Source of the DNA: Candidatus Multivorans sp.
GTDB taxonomy: Bacteria; Acidobacteriota; Thermoanaerobaculia; Multivoradales; Multivoraceae
Length of the DNA: 64,000 nt
Assembly (NCBI GenBank): GCA_965224025.1
Contig: OZ245033.1
Span: 1,024,001 to 1,088,000, forward strand
Direction of reading: 5' to 3'
Of this stretch, positions 12,086-21,940 are shown piece by piece; the stretch's first letter is position 1, and every line of letters starts with the position of its first letter. The notes under the pieces were generated by a model. The model saw only the letters and a list, made by a program, of their open reading frames with translations. It was not told the origin of the DNA and did no database searches. A program made the translations under genes and the position numbers.

Positions 12086-12883
12086 TCAGAAGAGCATGAG
12101 CAGCACGGCGCCCAGCACCAGCCGGTAGGCAACGAAGATCAGCAGACCGTGGCGCCGCACCCAGCCCAACAGCAGGCCGATCACCAGGTAGCCCACGACA
12201 CTTGACAGGGCGGCCACCAGCAACATCGCCGGCAGTTGCGACAACGGCAGCGCCCCGTTCAGCAGATCGAGCCCGTTCTTGCCGACCACGAACACACCGG
12301 CCGGGATCGCCATCAGGAAGGCGAAGCGCGCCGACGACTCGCGATCGAAACCGAGCAGGCGGCCGGCGCTGATCGTCACGCCGGCCCGGGAGGCGCCCGG
12401 GATCAGCGCGGTGGCCTGGGCCACGCCGAACAGGAGCGCGTGCCACCAGGTCACCTCGCCGATCCGGCGGTTCTGCCCGCCCCAACGGTCCGCCGCCCCG
12501 AGCAGGAGGCCGAAGCCGATCGTCGCCCAGGCGATCACGCCCGGGCTGCGGGCATCGCCGGCGATCCAGCCCGATGCCGCGATGCCGGCGAGCAGCACCG
12601 GCAGGGACGCAAGCCCCAGCAGCGGGATCATTCGCCGCTCCGCCTGGGCATCGTCGCCGTCGCCGCCGGGGCGAAGGGCCCGGGCGAAGCCCGCCAGGTC
12701 CCTCCGGAAGTAGGCGACGACTGCGAGCAGCGTCCCCGCGTTGGCCGCCACGTCGACCGCCAGACCCTGATCCGGCCAGCCGAACAGTCGCGGCAGCAGA
12801 ATCGTGTGCGCCGTCGAACTGATCGGCAGGTACTCCGTGAGCCCTTGCACCAAGGCCACGAGGATCAACTGCACGGGCCCCAC
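12086..12883 (-). CDS. uppP: Undecaprenyl-diphosphate phosphatase
   Basis: VQGLTEYLPISSTAH and ALIPGASRAGVTI BacA motifs; GTG start inferred. Confidence 0.93.
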   Translation of the reverse strand: MGPVQLILVALVQGLTEYLPISSTAHTILLPRLFGWPDQGLAVDVAANAGTLLAVVAYFRRDLAGFARALRPGGDGDDAQAERRMIPLLGLASLPVLLAGIAASGWIAGDARSPGVIAWATIGFGLLLGAADRWGGQNRRIGEVTWWHALLFGVAQATALIPGASRAGVTISAGRLLGFDRESSARFAFLMAIPAGVFVVGKNGLDLLNGALPLSQLPAMLLVAALSSVVGYLVIGLLLGWVRRHGLLIFVAYRLVLGAVLLMLF

Positions 12884-12941
12884 GAAACGAGGATAGCGAA
12901 GCGGCGGGACGTACGCGCCCCATGCGGATACGATGCGCGCC

Positions 12942-13670
12942 ATGAACAAGCCACGCACCTGCATCAGCCTGATCGCCGCCAGCCTTGCTTTCCTCGCGGT
13001 AGCGCCAGCCTGCGCCCAGGAAGAGGCCAACGCCGCGGTCGACGATGAGCCGCCGCTCGCCGAGACCTGGAACGAGAAGGCTTCCTACGCGATCGGTCTG
13101 AACATCGGCAGCAACCTGGAGCCGGACGACCTGGAAGTCGATCTCGAACTGCTGCTGCGCGGCTTCAAGGACGGTCTGGAAGGCACCGAGGCCCTGGATT
13201 CCGAGGAAGTCGACAGTGTCCTGAGCGAACTGGGGGCCAAGATGCAGGCGCACGCGGACCGCGAGCGGCAGGCGGCCATGATGGAGAACACTGCCAAGAG
13301 CGCCGCCTTCCTCGCCACCAAGGAGAAGGAGGAAGGCATCGTCAAGACGGACTCCGGACTCCTCTACCGCGAGATCCGCGCCGGCAGCGGTGACAGTCCG
13401 GCTGCCGATCAGGAAGTCACGGTCCACTACCGCGGCACCCTGCTCGACGGCACGCAGTTCGACAGCACCTACGACCGTGACCAGCCCTCGACCTACCCGG
13501 TCAGCGGCTTCATCCCCGGCTGGTCCGAGGCGCTGCAGTTGATGAAACCGGGCGCCAGGTGGGAACTCTTCATCCCCGCCGATCTCGCCTACGGCAAGGA
13601 CGGTTCGCCGCCCGCCATCCCGCCCGCAGCGGCCCTGATCTTCGAACTTGAGCTGCTCGAAGTGGAGTAG
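12942..13670 (+). CDS. FKBP-type peptidyl-prolyl isomerase (FkpA/Mip-like) with signal peptide
   Basis: SYAIG N-domain, SGLLY, VHYRGTLLDGTQFDS, IPGWSEALQLM, IPADLAYG. Confidence 0.93.
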   Translation: MNKPRTCISLIAASLAFLAVAPACAQEEANAAVDDEPPLAETWNEKASYAIGLNIGSNLEPDDLEVDLELLLRGFKDGLEGTEALDSEEVDSVLSELGAKMQAHADRERQAAMMENTAKSAAFLATKEKEEGIVKTDSGLLYREIRAGSGDSPAADQEVTVHYRGTLLDGTQFDSTYDRDQPSTYPVSGFIPGWSEALQLMKPGARWELFIPADLAYGKDGSPPAIPPAAALIFELELLEVE

Positions 13671-13705
13671 CGCGGCAGAAGTACCGGAGCCTGTCGCGTC
13701 GCGCC

Positions 13706-13735
13706 GGATGCCGGCGGGGACGCCGGCGCACCCAG
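13706..13735 (-). repeat. REP-like palindromic repeat, copy 3
   Basis: Reverse complement CTGGGTGCGCCGGCGTCCCCGCCGGCATCC, between convergent genes. Confidence 0.65.
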
Positions 13736-13738
13736 TCT

Positions 13739-14464
13739 CTACCGCGCCTTGCTGCCAGCAGTGAACCGATAGCCTACGCCGCGGACGGTGTGGAAGTGGC
13801 GCGGTCGCTCGGGATCAGGTTCGAAGCGCTTGCGTAGCCGGAGTACGAAGTTGTCGATCGTCCGCGACGACGGGAACGCCTCGTAGCCCCAGACGCGATC
13901 GAGGATGTCCTCGCGCGAGACCACTTCGCCTTCCCGCTCCGCCAGGGTCTTGAGGATCATCGCCTCCTTCTGGGTCAACTGCTGGGCCTGCCCGTCCCAG
14001 GACGCGCCCGAAAAGGCGGTGAAATCGAAGTGGTTGTCGCCGAAACGCACCACATCGGAACTCCCCTCCGCCGCCCCCCAGGCGCGGCGCCGCAGGATCG
14101 CCTGCACCCGCAGCAGCAGTTCGGTCAGATGGAACGGCTTGGCGAGGTAGTCGTCGCCTCCGGCTTCGAGGCCGCGGATGCGATCGTCGACCCCGGCCTT
14201 GGCGGTCAGAAACAGCACCGGCGTATCGACGCCGTTCCGCCTCGCCTCCTCGCACAGGGTGAAACCGTCGACTCCACGCAGCATCACGTCGAGGATCACG
14301 AGCTGGTACCGAGGATCCCGAATCCGCTCCAGCGCCTCCTCGCCGTCACCGATCCAGTCCACGTCGAGACCCTCCGCTTCGAGGTTGAAGCGAATGCCCG
14401 CAGCCAGATTCTCCTCGTCCTCGACCAGGAGCACCCGGGCCGCCCCCTCGGCCGCGGTTCTCAC
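13739..14464 (-). CDS. OmpR-family response regulator
   Basis: LLVEDE, ILDVML, FLTAK, DDYLAKPF, winged helix ending HTVRGVGYRF. Confidence 0.95.
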   Translation of the reverse strand: MRTAAEGAARVLLVEDEENLAAGIRFNLEAEGLDVDWIGDGEEALERIRDPRYQLVILDVMLRGVDGFTLCEEARRNGVDTPVLFLTAKAGVDDRIRGLEAGGDDYLAKPFHLTELLLRVQAILRRRAWGAAEGSSDVVRFGDNHFDFTAFSGASWDGQAQQLTQKEAMILKTLAEREGEVVSREDILDRVWGYEAFPSSRTIDNFVLRLRKRFEPDPERPRHFHTVRGVGYRFTAGSKAR

Positions 14465-15603
14465 GACGCCGTTTCCGCGGCAGCCTCTACGACCGGCCAG
14501 GTGACCCGGAACGTGGCGCCGCGGCCCGGACCCTCGCTGCTCGCCTCGACCTCACCGCCTTCGAGCACGACGAAGCCGCGCACCAGGTAGAGGCCCAGGC
14601 CGCTGCCCTTCTTGTTGCGCCGCAACTCGCTGCCCGGCCGGTAGAACTTCTCGAACAGCCGGCGGCCTTCCGCGGGCTCGAAGCCGACTCCGTCGTCGAG
14701 AACCTGGAGTTCGATGGCCGAACCGAGCCGCCTGGCGGAGACCTCGACCCTGGCGCCGGCTGCCTGCGCCGACTCGATTGCGTTGCCGATCAGATTCCGC
14801 AGCACCGTACCAAGGCCCACCGGATCGGCCCGCAGGCCCAGACCGGGCTCGACCTGGACATCGATGTCGATCCCCTCGGTACCGGCCGCCCCGTGCCCGA
14901 GTTCGGCGAACGCCAGCGAGACGGCCTCCGACAGGTCGACCGGCGCCCGGCGCGGCACCGCCCGCCGTTCCTCCAGACGCGTGGTCTCCAGCAGGTTGCC
15001 CACCAGACGCTCAAGCCGACGCAGGTCCTCCAGGTTGCGCTCCAGCAACCCGCGGCGATCCGTCGCCGCCAGGTCGCGCAGCAGCAGGGTCTCGGTCGTA
15101 AGCCGCAGACTCGCCAGCGGACTCCGCAGCTCGTGCGACACCGCCGCCAGGAAGTTCTGCTGCCGGTTCAGGAGGTCCGCCTCCCGGCGCAGCACCCGCC
15201 ACAGCACCAGAATCCCCCCGCCCAGCACGAGCAGGAAGAACGCTCCTTCCCAGCGGTACTGGCTCAGATGACTGCGCCGCTCGATCTCGATCGCGTGCAG
15301 CGAATCCGGTCGGAGGCGCACGCCTTCGGCATCGATCAGAAGGTCCGGGTAGAAGGCCCGCAGTTCATCGAGCGACTGGCCGGCACGAAGCGCCGCCTCC
15401 GCCGCATCCCCGTCGACCTCAAGCCGGGCCACCCGATCGTCGGCGATGCGGTCCGCGATCCGCGCCTGGTCGACCAGCCACCAGACAACCTGCACCGCCG
15501 TGATCGCAAGCAGCAGCAGGAAGCCGACCTGGAGTCGCCGCACGCGGAGGCCCTCCGCCGACGAGGAAGCGCTCAGTCCGAACCAGGGGATTTGTTTCGG
15601 CAT
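14461..15603 (-). CDS. Sensor histidine kinase
   Basis: Two TM segments, VSHELRSPL, NLIGNA, DDGVG, GSGLGLY. Confidence 0.94.
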   Translation of the reverse strand: MPKQIPWFGLSASSSAEGLRVRRLQVGFLLLLAITAVQVVWWLVDQARIADRIADDRVARLEVDGDAAEAALRAGQSLDELRAFYPDLLIDAEGVRLRPDSLHAIEIERRSHLSQYRWEGAFFLLVLGGGILVLWRVLRREADLLNRQQNFLAAVSHELRSPLASLRLTTETLLLRDLAATDRRGLLERNLEDLRRLERLVGNLLETTRLEERRAVPRRAPVDLSEAVSLAFAELGHGAAGTEGIDIDVQVEPGLGLRADPVGLGTVLRNLIGNAIESAQAAGARVEVSARRLGSAIELQVLDDGVGFEPAEGRRLFEKFYRPGSELRRNKKGSGLGLYLVRGFVVLEGGEVEASSEGPGRGATFRVTWPVVEAAAETAS

Positions 15604-15667
15604 CGGGTCCGTATTCTGCTACGAACGCTCTACCGCCGCGGATTGCTGCTGGTGCTAGGTTCCGCCG

Positions 15668-16531
15668 ATGCTCGAACCGGTTTCTGTCCAGCGCGTCCCG
15701 TCGACCGACGGAGTCGAACTCGCGGTCTACGACTACGGCGGCGACGGGCCGACCCTGCTTGCCGGCCATGCGACCGGGTTCCATGGACGGGTGTACGACC
15801 CCATGCTCGAGCAACTCGACGGCTTTCGCAGGATCAGCGTCGATCTGCGGGGCCACGGCGACGCGGCGGCCCCGGAGGGTCTGGACTACCGCTGGGAGAG
15901 CTGCGCCGACGATCTGCTGGCCGTAGTCGACACGCTCGAACTGGATGCCGAAGGACCGTTGTTCGGTTTCGGCCACTCGATGGGCGCGGCCGCCCTGCTG
16001 ATGGCTGAGCCGCGACGGCCGGGCCTCTTCGCCGGCCTGGTCTGCTACGAGCCCGTGATCTACCCGCCCGGCGTGACGGACGACGACGCGCGCCTCGGCG
16101 TCTGGGTCGAACGAACCAGGAACCGTCGCGGCCGCTTCGACTCTTTCGAGGCCGCAATCGCCAACTTCGCGTCGAAGATGCCCTACTCGCTGCTCGATCC
16201 GGCCGCGCTGGAGGTCTATGTCCGGCACGGCTTCGCCGACCGGCCCGACGGCACGGTAGAGATCAAGTGCCGGCCCGATGTGGAAGCCCGGCTCTACCTG
16301 ATGGGGCCCCACCACCGCGCCTGGGACACCCTGACCGAAGTGCGCTGCCCGGTCGCCCTGATGCGCGGCGCCGTGCTGATCCCCGGGCCCGCGTACTGGG
16401 CCGAGGCGATCGTGGGCGAAATGCCGAACGTCGACTTCCTGGAAGTCGAGGATCTCGGCCATCTCGGACCGCTGGAGAACCCGGCGTTGCTCGCGAAGTT
16501 GACCGCCGCGGCGCTGGCCCACGCCCGCTAG
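15668..16531 (+). CDS. Alpha/beta hydrolase
   Basis: HATGFH, DLRGHG, GHSMG nucleophile elbow, C-terminal GHL. Confidence 0.88.
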   Translation: MLEPVSVQRVPSTDGVELAVYDYGGDGPTLLAGHATGFHGRVYDPMLEQLDGFRRISVDLRGHGDAAAPEGLDYRWESCADDLLAVVDTLELDAEGPLFGFGHSMGAAALLMAEPRRPGLFAGLVCYEPVIYPPGVTDDDARLGVWVERTRNRRGRFDSFEAAIANFASKMPYSLLDPAALEVYVRHGFADRPDGTVEIKCRPDVEARLYLMGPHHRAWDTLTEVRCPVALMRGAVLIPGPAYWAEAIVGEMPNVDFLEVEDLGHLGPLENPALLAKLTAAALAHAR

Positions 16532-18924
16532 CGCTGCAGTAGCTCCCGCCCGCGCGCCAGCGCCTGCCGCTCCTCACCGGGTCGACCGAGCCGGTTCAGA
16601 ATGTCGGCGAGCACGAAGTAGCCGAGCGCGCCATCCTCGCCGACCGGCGCCAGCTCCAGGCCCCGGCGGGCGATCGCCTCCGCTTCGGTCAGGTCGAGCC
16701 CAACGTCCATCAGCGCCTTGGCCAGATGGAAGTGGCCGCGGGCGAAGTCCGGCGCCGCCTCGACCGCTTCCCGGTAGGCCTCGATCTGGTCGAGAGGCCT
16801 GTTCAGGCGGCCGTAGAGGCGGCCGAGATTGAAGCGCGGGCGATGGTCCCGCGGCCGGAGTTCAGCCGCCCGCCGGTACGTCTCCATCGCCTCGAACGGC
16901 TTCCCCGCCTCGTCGAGCAGGACCGCGAGGTTGTAGTGCGCGTCGCCGAGTTCAGGATTCGAGGCGAGAGCCTGCCGGAACTTCGCCTCCGCCTCACCGC
17001 TCCGGCCCATGAGCGCCATCACTTCGCCGAGCTTGTTCGTCACCACCGGCGGCGGCTCGCGACCTTCGACAGCGGCCGTGAGCACATCCTCGGCTTCGCT
17101 CAACTCGCCGCGCTCAACGTGGATGCGGGCCAGGGCCATCGTCGCCTTCGAGTCCTGGCCCGCGACCTCGAGCAGGCGCCGGTAGCCGACCATGGCCTCG
17201 TCGATGCGGCCCAACTCGTCGTAGGCGTTTGCCAGCCCGAGCAGGGACTGCCGGTGCTCGGGATCGAGCGCCAGCGCACGCTGGAAGTACGGAACCGCCG
17301 GCGCCGGATCGCCGGCAAGAAGGGTGATCGTGCCCAGGAGCTGGTGCGCGTCGAGCAGCCCGTCGTCCTCGGCGAGCGCGGCCCGCAGTTCTTCGGTCGC
17401 GGCCTCGTCGTCGCCGCTGCCGAAGGCGCTCTGCGCCCTCATGATCGCGCGGTGGAGATGCGCCTTCGTCTTGGCATCGGCGCGCGGCCCTTCCGCCTCC
17501 CGCCTTTCGGCTGTGCCGCGGCCGGCTAGATACCCGAGGGCCCGCAACTGCGCCAGGGCCCGCTCGTCCAGATCGGGCTCGGGCGTGGCATCCGGGGCCG
17601 CGCGGTCAAGTGCGGCGGCCAGTTCCAGCACCGCGGCCCTCAGTTCGCGGGAGGCGTCGCGCCGTTCGAGCAGCACGTTCGTCAGCTCGCCCGGATCCTC
17701 CAGCAGGGCGAAGAGCTCGGCGTCGGGCGTCTCGATGTACTTGTACTCGGACGTGCGCAGCGAACGAAGCGGCGCCCAGCCGTAGTGGTCGAGAGCGTAG
17801 AACGACTCGGCATACACACCGCGCGCGGCGTCCGGGTCCTCCAGCCCCTGCATCGACCGGAGCAGACTCCGGCCCTGCCCGGCGCCCGCCCCGGCGAGGC
17901 CCAGGAGCTCCGCCAACGTCGGGGCTATGTCGACGTGGCTCACCGCGTCGGTGACCGCCCGTCCGCCTTCCACCCCACCCGGCAGCCGCACGATCAGGGG
18001 CACGTGGACGGTGGAGTCGTAGACGAAGAAACCGTGGTAGCTCTCGCCGTGATCGCCCAGCCCCTCTCCGTGGTCCGCCGTCAGCAAGACGACCGCTTCG
18101 TCGAACAACCCACGCTGCTCGAGCGCGGCCCGGAAGTCGCCGATCAGCGCGTCGGTATACGCCACCTCCCCGTCGTAGGGCCGTCCCTCGTACTCGGTCC
18201 GAAACGGTTCTGGCGGCTCGTACGGGTCGTGCGGATCGAACAGGTGCAGCCACAGGAAGAGGGGCGGCGGCCCGGTCGGGTCGCCGGCAGCCTCGCCGTC
18301 GCCGGATGAGACCGCTCCGTCCAGCCACTCCAGGGCGTGCGTGATCGTCTCAGGCCCCGGGCGCTGGACCGAGCCCAGGTTGGCGCCGGCCATCGAGTCG
18401 AGGTCGAAGTCGTCGACGTAGGTGTCGAAGCCGCGGCCGATCCCCCAGCGCGCATCGAGCACGAAAGCGCTCACGAAACCGCCGGTGCGGTAGCCGGCGT
18501 CCCGGAAACGCTCCGCGAGAGTGGTCCGGTCCGCGCCCAACACGTAGCCGACGTTCTCGCGTACCCCGTGAGACGGCGGGTAGAGCCCCGTCATGATCGA
18601 ACTGTGGGCCGGCAACGTGAACGGCACCGTCGACGACGCGTTGGCGAAGCGAATGCCCTCGGCGGCCACGCGGTCGATGTGAGGCGTTGAGACCCGGTCG
18701 GAACCGTAGCTCGACAGCCGGTCGGCGCGCAGGGTGTCGATCGTGATCAGGATGACCGGCGGCCGCTCGGTCGAAGCTCCGGCAAGCAGGTGCTCGATGT
18801 CCGCCTGAACCGGTGGCGGCCCTGCAACTTCCGGCTCGGGACCGCAAGAGGCCAGCCCCAGCGCCAGCGCAGCCGGCAACAGAAACGGCCAGGCTCTACA
18901 GCCAGCGCCGGACGCGCTTCGCAT
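16528..18924 (-). CDS. Sulfatase-like hydrolase with C-terminal TPR repeats, probable lipoprotein
   Basis: LASC lipobox, LITIDTLRADR, TLPAHSSIMTGLYP, HLFDPH, ADHGE; TPR-like helices. Confidence 0.88.
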   Translation of the reverse strand: MRSASGAGCRAWPFLLPAALALGLASCGPEPEVAGPPPVQADIEHLLAGASTERPPVILITIDTLRADRLSSYGSDRVSTPHIDRVAAEGIRFANASSTVPFTLPAHSSIMTGLYPPSHGVRENVGYVLGADRTTLAERFRDAGYRTGGFVSAFVLDARWGIGRGFDTYVDDFDLDSMAGANLGSVQRPGPETITHALEWLDGAVSSGDGEAAGDPTGPPPLFLWLHLFDPHDPYEPPEPFRTEYEGRPYDGEVAYTDALIGDFRAALEQRGLFDEAVVLLTADHGEGLGDHGESYHGFFVYDSTVHVPLIVRLPGGVEGGRAVTDAVSHVDIAPTLAELLGLAGAGAGQGRSLLRSMQGLEDPDAARGVYAESFYALDHYGWAPLRSLRTSEYKYIETPDAELFALLEDPGELTNVLLERRDASRELRAAVLELAAALDRAAPDATPEPDLDERALAQLRALGYLAGRGTAERREAEGPRADAKTKAHLHRAIMRAQSAFGSGDDEAATEELRAALAEDDGLLDAHQLLGTITLLAGDPAPAVPYFQRALALDPEHRQSLLGLANAYDELGRIDEAMVGYRRLLEVAGQDSKATMALARIHVERGELSEAEDVLTAAVEGREPPPVVTNKLGEVMALMGRSGEAEAKFRQALASNPELGDAHYNLAVLLDEAGKPFEAMETYRRAAELRPRDHRPRFNLGRLYGRLNRPLDQIEAYREAVEAAPDFARGHFHLAKALMDVGLDLTEAEAIARRGLELAPVGEDGALGYFVLADILNRLGRPGEERQALARGRELLQR

Positions 18925-19381
18925 ACTCCCGGTACTCGTCGCCGAACTTGCCTTCCAGGTAGGCCTCCTCGCGCAGGATCACGCCCCACCGGAGCAGCAG
19001 CGCCGTGGCGACGGCAATGACCAGGAACCACCAACTGTCCCTGGCGAATCCGATGCCCACAAGCAGCAACGCCATGCCGGTGTATATCGGGTTCCGGGTC
19101 AGGCGGTAGGGGCCGCGCACGACCAGACGCGCCGTCAGAGTGTGGACCGGCAGCGAACCGCCCCCGCGCATCATCGCAAGACCGGCCCAGGTCATCAGCA
19201 CCAGACTGCCGAGGATCATGGCGACGCCCGCCACCTCGCCGAACCGCGAGAGACTGCCGGGCCACAGGGCAAGCGGCAGGAAGCGCGACAGCGCGAAGGA
19301 CAGAACCAGGCTGGCGACGATGAGCAGCGGCGGCTCGAAGACCGTCCGCGCCCGGTCCGTCTGGCCCTTTGCCGCCGCCAT
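18896..19381 (-). CDS. Isoprenylcysteine carboxyl methyltransferase (ICMT/PEMT) family membrane protein
   Basis: LVVRGPYRLTRNPIY, REEAYLEGKFGDEYREY..RVRRWL. Confidence 0.88.
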   Translation of the reverse strand: MAAAKGQTDRARTVFEPPLLIVASLVLSFALSRFLPLALWPGSLSRFGEVAGVAMILGSLVLMTWAGLAMMRGGGSLPVHTLTARLVVRGPYRLTRNPIYTGMALLLVGIGFARDSWWFLVIAVATALLLRWGVILREEAYLEGKFGDEYREYAKRVRRWL

Positions 19382-20307
19382 CAGGCCGCTCCGGCGTCCA
19401 CCCCGCGCAACGCTCCCAGCGCACGGATATGTTCCGGCCCCAGACCGCAGCAACCGCCGACGATCTGAACGCCGGCGTCAACCCAGCCGCGTGCCTCCTC
19501 GAGCAGGTCCGCCGGTTCGATCACTTCGACGAAGTTCCAGTGCGGCATCGTGAAGTAGCCCGACTCGGGATACACCCCGATCGGCCCCCGCCAGCGCTTC
19601 CGCACCATCGCCACCGCCTCCGGCACCGCGGCGATCTCGCTGTGCATCACGTGTACGATGCTCGGTTCCAGCGGAATCAACGTATCGAGCAACGCCTCGA
19701 ACGATTCGTTCGGCCAGTTGAACGGCGTGATGGCGCCCGTACCCGAGTCCTTCCGCGCGCTGACCCCAAGCCACACCGGCAGTCCGGTCTCCTTCGCCGC
19801 CTCGAAGGCGAGCGAAGCACGCTCCCGATCCTGCATCATCTCCAAAGCGATCACGTCCACGCCGGCTTCCGCCAGAAGCTCACACTGCTCCCGGTAGGCA
19901 GCGGTCTGTTCGTCGAGCGGCGCGTAGCCGCCCCGAATGTTGCTCGGCGGCATCGTCGACAGCGAACCGGCAACGAGCACTCCGGGGCATCCCGCCCGGT
20001 CACGCGCTTCGAGAGCCGCCTCCACCGCCCGTCGCACGATCACCCCGACCTGGTCGCCGAGACCCGCCGCTTCCAGCAGGGGCCGGTGGGTCGCGAACGT
20101 GTTCGTGATCACCGCGTCGGCGCCGCAACGGATGTATTCCTCGTGGAGGTCCCGGATCGCGTCTTTGTGATCGAGCGCCGCCGTCCCGCACCAGGCCGCC
20201 GAGTCCATCGGCACTCCGCGGCGCTCCAACTCCGTCCCGGTGCCCCCGTCCAGCAGCAGAACCTCGCCCCGGTCCAGGCACTCATGCCACTCCTCAACGA
20301 TCCCCAT
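19381..20307 (-). CDS. Homocysteine S-methyltransferase family protein
   Basis: LLDGGTGTEL, GADAVITNTF, C-terminal VGGCCG zinc motif. Confidence 0.9.
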   Translation of the reverse strand: MGIVEEWHECLDRGEVLLLDGGTGTELERRGVPMDSAAWCGTAALDHKDAIRDLHEEYIRCGADAVITNTFATHRPLLEAAGLGDQVGVIVRRAVEAALEARDRAGCPGVLVAGSLSTMPPSNIRGGYAPLDEQTAAYREQCELLAEAGVDVIALEMMQDRERASLAFEAAKETGLPVWLGVSARKDSGTGAITPFNWPNESFEALLDTLIPLEPSIVHVMHSEIAAVPEAVAMVRKRWRGPIGVYPESGYFTMPHWNFVEVIEPADLLEEARGWVDAGVQIVGGCCGLGPEHIRALGALRGVDAGAA

Positions 20308-20474
20308 CTGCTCTCCCCTCGAAGCGTCACTCTGCCACACTGAGCCTTCGCGCCAGAAGGTCCGGGTTTCACCAACACCCGGGCCCGATGACTGGCGCAC
20401 GGAGCGGTTCGCGGATGGCATGGATCTCGCCACCCGGGTTCGATCGCCCCACGCCCGGCATCGATCAGTTCACG

Positions 20475-20950
20475 ATGTTGTTGAGGCACTACCTGGAGCA
20501 GGGAGTCTCGAAGGCAGAGCTGGCGAGGTGGTGCGCTGGAGGCCGCGGACCCCATTCTTCAGCAAGCCGACAGCGGCGCGGTGACCGCTTCCGAGGCGAT
20601 CGAGGAGCTGCTTTCCGCCCAGATCGTGCTCCGCAACAACCGGCGCCTGCAGACGGCGATGCGCTCCTCGCGCCTGCCGGCGGTCAAGACGCTCGAGCAG
20701 TTCGACTTCAGCTTCCAGCCGAGCATCAAGCGGGAGCAGATCGAGAGCCTCCACGGTCTTGACCTCGAACAAGGGCTTCGAGGAATGGGGCGGCGTGCTC
20801 GGCGACGAGATCATGGCCGCAGCCCTCATCGATCGCCTCCTGCACCACTGCCACATCGTCAACATCCAGGGCAACAGCTACAGGATCAGGGCGCACCAGA
20901 ACCTCCTTCGCCCCGCCCACGAAGAGCGTCACCAGGACGCCACGTCGTGA
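20475..20950 (+). mobile_element. IS21-family relic (istA N-terminus and internally deleted istB)
   Basis: MLLRHYLEQGVSKAELAR; KTLEQFDFSFQPSI joined to TSNKGFEEWGGVLGDEIMAAALIDRLLHH. Confidence 0.85.
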
Positions 20951-20976
20951 TCAGCCGCCGACCCCCTCGACTCGTC

Positions 20977-21129
20977 ATGGGCCGGCAGCACCACCAGGAG
21001 TTTCTCCGTTTCCTCAAGCGTCTCGACCGTGAGATCCCGAAGCATCTCGACCTGCGCCTGATCCTGGACAACTACCAGACCCACAAACACGCCGCCGTGC
21101 GCGCATGGCTGGAGCGAAAGCCTCGTTAG
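20977..21129 (+). mobile_element. IS630-family transposase fragment
   Basis: HQEFLRFLKRLDREIP..LDLRLILDNYQTHKH..VRAWL. Confidence 0.82.
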
Positions 21130-21940
21130 GAGGTTTTCGATCGCGCTCGGACGCGTGTCTTCGTCGAGGTGGTAGGACAAGGCGATGGTGCGAAGGCCCG
21201 CCATTCGCTCCCTTCCCCCCGCGCGGTTGAGCACCTCAGCGAGATGGGCCGACTTGGCAAATTGGAGGTCTCCGCGTTTCTGCGCCGCTTCCCAGTGCGG
21301 TCTGAGGTGCTGGATCGCCTGCGAAAAGACGTACTCCATGGAGTCATCCATGGGGCGGTCCACCGCGCACGCGACCACGGTGATTGATTCCGGCCGGGGA
21401 ATCGCGGCAGCCGCGGCAACGGCCTCCATCCGCACCTGCGCGTCGTCGTCTTCTACGCGCTTGGCGAGGAGCGCCAACGGATCATCGAGGCGACCGTGCC
21501 ATCGGCCCACGATGCGCGAAGCGAAGGCACGTCCCCCCGGCTCCTTCGCTTCCAACAACTTCTCCAGGACCGCCGGTGCGGGAACCTCGATGGCCGCGTA
21601 GGCGCCGACCGCTTCGTAGAAGTGGCGCTCGTACCCTGCGCCGTCCGGATCCAGGCTCGTGACCCACTTTCCGAGAGCGGCTGCGACCTTCTCCGAGTCG
21701 CGGCGTGTGAGCTCGCGCTTCGCCTGATAGCACGTCCAACGTTCGGGCCAACTGGTCCCAGGACGGGATCTCCAAGCCGAGCTTCTCCGCGATCGTTTCC
21801 GAGACGTGCTGTAGTGACTCCTCCTTGAGATGCATGCCGTTTTCCGTCAAGCCCGACTCTGCATCCGAAAAGAGGTCGGCGAAGAGGAGACCTCGCTCTG
21901 CAGCGATCTTCTTCGTTGCCAGGACATACTGTGCAAGAGA
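21130..21940 (-). pseudogene. Fragments of a large SGNH/HEAT-repeat protein (PVC-type CxxCH protein-like)
   Basis: LFADLF..LTENGMHL (SGNH-like C-terminus) and DDDAQVRMEAVAAA...DRPMD HEAT-like segment in different frames; cut by IS4. Confidence 0.5.
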
